Origin: an uncultured Chloroflexia bacterium
Lineage (GTDB): Bacteria > Chloroflexota > Chloroflexia > Thermomicrobiales > UBA6265
Direction: 5' to 3'
NCBI GenBank assembly: GCA_963724295.1
Contig: CAVRUC010000013.1
Span: 256,001-320,000, forward strand
DNA length: 64,000 nt
Notes under the pieces: generated by a model
Told to the model about the DNA's origin: nothing
Databases searched by the model: none
What the model saw: the letters and a program-made list of their open reading frames with translations, nothing else
Shown: positions 58,959 through 64,000 of the stretch, one piece after another
Position numbering within the stretch: position 1 is the stretch's first letter
How the letters are laid out: each line of letters begins with the position of its first letter
Translations under genes and position numbers: made by a program

Positions 58959-59289
58959 CGCTTTATCCTTCGGAGAATTCGATTTCCGGTCTGGGACACC
59001 CCGAGACAGTCACCGATGCGCTGCACGTTTAGTGCCACAGCTGATCACGGCGGTTGGGTCGAAAGCACGCAAGAGCCGCTGCTCGCCGAAGCACCCTCCA
59101 CTGCGGCACAGGAGGAGAGGACACGACGGGCATCGGATCTGCGCACGGTCAACCGGGGTATGCGTGGCTACTCGCTCTCGAGCCTGCTACGTTGTCAGCA
59201 CTGGGGCGTCACGTTGCCCATTGGACAGGACAGGGAACGTGATTGTGTTTACTGCCAACGCGCGCGAAGGCCGAAACGGCATCGCAGCA

Positions 59290-61242
59290 TCAACAGCAGC
59301 GGCTCTCACCACTGACGACAATAGGGCTGGCGACTCCCGAGGCACTGACGGCTCGGACCCCGTACGTTGTGCGGCCCGGCGAGGGCGTCGTGTCAATCCA
59401 GAGTGCAGAGCGTAATGGGTCGGGTGTAAGGAGCTCCTCCGGAACGCCATCGCGCAGCCGGAAGACCTCGTATCCATAGAAAAACGGTTCCTGGTTGGGG
59501 CTCCACCGCAGGATCGCAGTCCTGCCGTGCATCGCGGTCTCGAGCCATGCGGGCGCTTGCGGCGCTGCCGGCAGCACCGGTGTGATCCAGAGGCAGAGCG
59601 TCGTGAACGGTTCGAGCGTCAGCGTCTCGGTGTACGTCCCACCCGGCACGGCGATGTCGCGCGCAATCGGTTGCTCCAGGGCTATCTCCTGACGCTGCCG
59701 AATACTCTGGATCTGCTCCGGGGCTGGAATCGGAAATGGGTTGGACGGCGAGCCGCCGGCCGCCGTGTAGGCATTGGAACCAACCCGGTCGATCTGGAAC
59801 CGGGCGATGTTGACCCGCGGCCACGGGAGGTCGCCGATGACGTATTCGACCGTGCGCGGCGTGAGGGCTTCGCGTTTCCGGGTCGGGATAGTACGTAAGC
59901 AGCGAGGCCACGTGAGTGGTAGCGACGGTGGCTAGATGGTAGAGGTCCGTGTGGGGAAAGAGCCGCGCAGACCCCGAGACAACCGTTCCATGCCGGTCAC
60001 CGAGCAGGCGCAGCAGCTCATAGAAGCCGTAGGCGGGGACCTTGAGGAGATCGGTTTCCGTTGTCCCGGCGCGGGTCATGATGGAGCGCCGGCCGTCAAA
60101 CGGCGCCTGCACCAGCTGCAAATTCGCGTTATCGGCGGCGGCGGCGAACCGCAGATCAGCCTCTCGGAAGCGCTCGCCGAGCTGGTCGTGAATGACGGCA
60201 ACCGCGGCCAGCCAGGCGGCCCCACGTTCGTCCATTCTCGGCGCGTACGGCACCTCGAAACCGACTTTCTCGTCCGCCTCGTTGTTCCAGATGGTGAGTC
60301 CGGCGAATCGCCGCGCGTCGATGGCAAGGGCCTGGCGCGCCGTCTCCGCCGCCGCTACGTCGAGGCGACGCGGGTCGGGTGGGTCATCGCCGACGGTCCC
60401 CTTGCGGTGCAGGGAGACGAAGTCGCAGCGAAGCCCGGGATCCGCGGCGATGAACCGGAGAAAGCGCTCCATCCAGGGAGGGCCGTCGTCGGGGGTCGCC
60501 TCGGGCTTGTAGGCGATGGCCGGTCCACCGAGCCGGATCGAGACTCCAGCCTCATCAACTGCCTCCGACGTCGCACGGTAGAGTGCGAAGTAGTCGTCAG
60601 GCGTTCCCTGCCAGAACCGTCCCTCGTTAGGTTCATTCCAGACCTCGAACCACCAGTCAGCGATCGTCTCAGGCCCGAAGCGGGGTCGGTCGCGAGCTCG
60701 CGGAAGAAGGCGCGGACGAGCGTCTTCCAGCGATCCCAGGCGGCCGGTGGCCGGATCGGCGACGAAGAGACCGCCGGCGGGAAGAAGCCGAGCACGACGA
60801 ACGGGATAAGGCCTCGCGTCGTGAGGGCTTCGAGGGCGTCGAAGGTCGTGGCGAAGTCGATCGGCCGCTCGACCCGCGTCCAGACGTTGCCCCCGCTCTC
60901 AGGGATGAACGCTTCTCGTTGGCCGGCGGTGAAGGCGCCAAAGAAACGCACGCCATGGAACGCGCCGGGAGAGGCCGCAAGATTGTCGAGCAACCGGGTG
61001 AACTGAGGATCAACGAGCCAGTCGACGTCGAAGATGCCGACGGTACCGAAGTTCTGGCGCGCGAAGACGCGATCGCCCGGGTCCTCCGATTTCACGGATA
61101 CGGTGACCAGCGGCTGGTCCGTATCGGTGGTCCGGAGAGCGCGTGACCTCAACGCCCCCTCGACGGCGATGGGGACGGTAAGGATCGTCCGGCGAGACAG
61201 CATGCCAACGCTGCTTTTCCTCCAGGCCGGCATTGACGACAT
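59290..61242 (-). CDS. GH39-family glycoside hydrolase with a C-terminal FN3-like domain; frameshifts near 60684 and 59865
   Basis: WFEVWNEP acid/base motif in a shifted frame, DFVSLH and IWNNE; AAGGAG SD. Confidence 0.72.
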
Positions 61243-61338
61243 CGTGCTCCTTGCCCACGGGGTGGCGCGTATTGCCCGTTACGCCACACCATCGCATCAT
61301 CCGCGCTGGTACTGAGACAGACAAGGGGGTAGGGAGCG

Positions 61339-62604
61339 GTGCAATCAGTTGTCGTCGTTGGCGGCGGGATCATCGGGCTCAGCACCGCCTTCGCCCTGCA
61401 CCGGCGCGGCGTGGCGGTCACGGTGCTCGACGCGGGGCCGGCCGAGCGCGCCGCCTCGCACGTCAACGCCGGCTGGATCGTACCCACCCTTGCCGAGCCG
61501 GTCCCGTCACCGGGGCTGATCGCGACGTCCCTGAGATGGATGCTCCGCTCCGATAGCCCGCTCTACATCCGGCCCCGGCTCGATCCGGCCTTCCTGCGCT
61601 GGACGCTCCGCTTCTGGCGCCACTGCAACGCGCGCGACTTCCTCGCCGGCACCGAGGCGATCGCCGCCTTTGGCGCGCGTTCGCTGGCTCTCTACGATGC
61701 GATGCGCGAGGCAGGCGTGCGCTACGAGGAGCACCGCGACGGTCTCCTCTTCGCTTACCGCACCACCGGGGCCCTCGCTCATGACTACGCCGCCCTGGAG
61801 CCGGTCCGCCAGTTCGGATTCGAGATCTCGCCGATCATGAGCGGGGACGAACTGCGCGCCCTGGAGCCGTCGCTTTCAGACAAGGTCAGTGGCGGCTACT
61901 GGCTGCCGCAGGAGCGCTCGGTGCGGCCGGATACGCTCGTGCGCGGGCTGAGCGACTACCTCCAGGAGCAAGGGGTCGACGTGCGCCGGGATACGCCGGT
62001 CGGCGGAATCGAGAGCAACGGCGGAAAGGCGACCGCCGTCTTCGCCGGGGGACAGCGCATCCCCGCCGAGACGGTCGTCATCGCCGCCGGAGCCTGGACA
62101 CCGCGCCTCCTCAAACCGCTGCGGGTGCGTGTTCCGATCGAGGCCGGCAAGGGGTACAGCATCGATCTTGCTCCAGCGCCGGCTCTCCCTGAGCCGGTGC
62201 GGAGACCGCTCTACCTGCACGAGACGCGGGTCGCCATTACCCCGTTGCACGACATGATCCGCCTTGCCGGGACGATGGAGCTCTCGGGGCTGAACCACGA
62301 TGTGCGCCAGGAGCGGGTCGCGGCTATCGCCCGCTCGGCGGCATGGGCCATCCGTGGCTGGCCGGAGCAGACGCCGACCTCCGGACCCGGCGTGCGCGTC
62401 TGGAACGGACCGCGGCCAATGACTCCGGACGGCCTCCCGGTCATCGGCCGGGTGCCGGGGTACCGCAACCTGCTCGTGGCCAGCGGCCACGCCATGCTCG
62501 GCGTGACGCTCGCTCCCGCTACCGCCGAAGCCGTCGCCGAGCTGATCACCACCGGCCACGAACCAGACGTGATCGCTCCCTTCGATCCTGCTCGCTTCGG
62601 GTGA
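61339..62604 (+). CDS. FAD-dependent D-amino-acid dehydrogenase (DadA-like)
   Basis: GGGIIG, GKGYS, RPMTPDGLP and GH..LG. Confidence 0.9.
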   Translation: MQSVVVVGGGIIGLSTAFALHRRGVAVTVLDAGPAERAASHVNAGWIVPTLAEPVPSPGLIATSLRWMLRSDSPLYIRPRLDPAFLRWTLRFWRHCNARDFLAGTEAIAAFGARSLALYDAMREAGVRYEEHRDGLLFAYRTTGALAHDYAALEPVRQFGFEISPIMSGDELRALEPSLSDKVSGGYWLPQERSVRPDTLVRGLSDYLQEQGVDVRRDTPVGGIESNGGKATAVFAGGQRIPAETVVIAAGAWTPRLLKPLRVRVPIEAGKGYSIDLAPAPALPEPVRRPLYLHETRVAITPLHDMIRLAGTMELSGLNHDVRQERVAAIARSAAWAIRGWPEQTPTSGPGVRVWNGPRPMTPDGLPVIGRVPGYRNLLVASGHAMLGVTLAPATAEAVAELITTGHEPDVIAPFDPARFG

Positions 62605-63908
62605 GCGCGGTACGCGGTTGGATCCAGCATTGGCCACCGAGCGGAATCTGGCGTTCACCGGCCTACGTCAGGATCTGGGGCGCCAGCGTCATCTCCGCAC
62701 TGGGCAGCGCCATCACAGGGATCGCGCTGCCCCTTCTCGCCGCGCTGACCTTGAGCGCCACCCCCTTTCAGATGGGGCTCCTGATTGCGTCGGAGACCGT
62801 TCCGATTCTGCTCTTCGGACTGCCCACCGGCGTCTGGGTCGACCGCCGTCCCAAGCGGCCGGTGATGATTGCGGCCGACATCGGCCGGGCAGCGCTCTTG
62901 CTCCTGGTGCCGGTGGCCGCCTGGCTCGGCGTGCTGCGCATCGAGCAGTTGCTGGTCATCGCGTTCCTGGTCGGCACGCTCTCTGTGTTCTTCGAGATTG
63001 CCTCGCAGTCGTACCTGCCGGTCATCCTTTCCACTGAGGATCTGACTGCGGGCAATGCCCGCCTCCACACCGGATGGGCCATCGCCGAGATTGGCGGTCC
63101 GGGTTTGGCCGGCTGGCTGACGCAGATTTTTTCCGCGCCGATCGCCATCCTGGTCGATGGGGTCTCCTACATCGCTTCGGCGGTGCTCCTGGTCGGCATT
63201 CGTGCACCGGAACCCTCCCCGAGCAAATCGCTCCAGGGCTCGCAACCGAGTTTCCGGCAAGAGCTCGAGGAGGGGTTGCGCGTCGTTGCGGGCAACCCGA
63301 TCTTGCGCGCCACCGCCGCCGCGACCGGTCTCTGGAATCTCTTCGCCGGAGCGCGCACAGCCGTCATGATCCTCTTCCTGACGCGCATAGCGGGGCTCCA
63401 GGCGGCCGCGGTCGGCGTCATGTTTACGCTTGGCGCCGTCGGGTTTCTGATCGGGTCGTTGCTGCCAGAGCGGATGGCCCGTCGTTTTGGGCTGGGCCGG
63501 GCGATCCTCCTCGGTATCGTCCTGGCGGTCCCTAGCGAGCTGCTCGTAGCGTTCGCGAGCGGACCGCCGGCGGTTGCCGCAGTGATCGCGGGGACCGGGT
63601 TCTTCCTCACGGGATTGACGATCCCCACCTACGACGTCAATCAATTCAGCCTGCGCCAGGCCGTCACCCCGTTGCGTCTTCAGGGCCGGGTGAGCGCCAC
63701 GATGCGCACCCTGATCCGGGGTGTCATACCGATCGGGGCGCTCCTGGGAGGTCTTCTGGCGGAGCGGATCGGATTGCGCGAGGTGATGATCGTCTCGGCC
63801 CTTGGCGGTCCCGCCGCCTTCGTGGCGATCTGGTTTTCACCGGTACGCTCACTCCTGGCGCCCCCGCCACGACAGGAAGAGGTTGACGGGGCCCAGATTC
63901 TCCTATAA
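62601..63908 (+). CDS. MFS transporter (DHA3-like)
   Basis: GVWVDRRPKR and RQAVTP.RLQGRV; ~12 TM segments; GTGA overlap. Confidence 0.9.
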   Translation: MSAVRGWIQHWPPSGIWRSPAYVRIWGASVISALGSAITGIALPLLAALTLSATPFQMGLLIASETVPILLFGLPTGVWVDRRPKRPVMIAADIGRAALLLLVPVAAWLGVLRIEQLLVIAFLVGTLSVFFEIASQSYLPVILSTEDLTAGNARLHTGWAIAEIGGPGLAGWLTQIFSAPIAILVDGVSYIASAVLLVGIRAPEPSPSKSLQGSQPSFRQELEEGLRVVAGNPILRATAAATGLWNLFAGARTAVMILFLTRIAGLQAAAVGVMFTLGAVGFLIGSLLPERMARRFGLGRAILLGIVLAVPSELLVAFASGPPAVAAVIAGTGFFLTGLTIPTYDVNQFSLRQAVTPLRLQGRVSATMRTLIRGVIPIGALLGGLLAERIGLREVMIVSALGGPAAFVAIWFSPVRSLLAPPPRQEEVDGAQILL

Positions 63909-64000
63909 AGCCTCAGAATGCTTTGGTGAAACGGGAGAGAACTCTCACTGCGTGGGGCGACATGATCACACATTTCCTCACGCAGCCAAATTGTCATGGG

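Noticed and set aside
62343..62600. N-terminal extension of the MFS ORF
   Set aside because: It overlaps the dadA-like gene in another frame; the coupled GTG at 62601 is more plausible.

Overview
GC-rich bacterial chromosomal window with about 55 CDS. There is no rRNA, tRNA, CRISPR array, transposase or integrase that I can support. The style of the secreted proteins (MDxxxFDxL..SRR leaders, AQxATP mature N-termini, an LPDTG anchor) suggests Thermomicrobiales (Chloroflexota); this is an inference. At least 8 otherwise intact genes are split by single-base indels, so the contig probably carries long-read assembly errors, and apparent fusions or pseudogenes need caution. Recognisable content: mutS and mutL, rbsD, a P-type ATPase, an ABC-F protein, two ECF sigma/anti-sigma pairs, a split-transketolase sugar operon, an AbrB/PIN toxin-antitoxin pair, an ABC-2 exporter, two Sdh-type PQQ dehydrogenases, a GH39, a DadA-like enzyme and an MFS transporter. 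The most interesting signals are: (1) a ~190-nt structured non-coding RNA candidate (20584-20775, minus strand) whose near-consensus sigma70 promoter starts at the base of its closing stem, back-to-back with a CRP-box promoter and a ~320-nt structured leader driving an LPDTG protein with a Gly/Asn/Ala repeat also found in a second secreted protein; (2) a methyltransferase / FAD-oxidoreductase / SRPBCC cyclase / KS-II set that may be a non-canonical aromatic-lipid pathway; (3) a secreted protein with two conotoxin-like cystine-knot frameworks next to a minimal T-TE(Cys) plus adenylation pair; (4) several regulatory architectures, including a mirror-duplicated promoter, an SOS-like box on an exporter, a leaderless mutS and an SD-sequestering 5'UTR.
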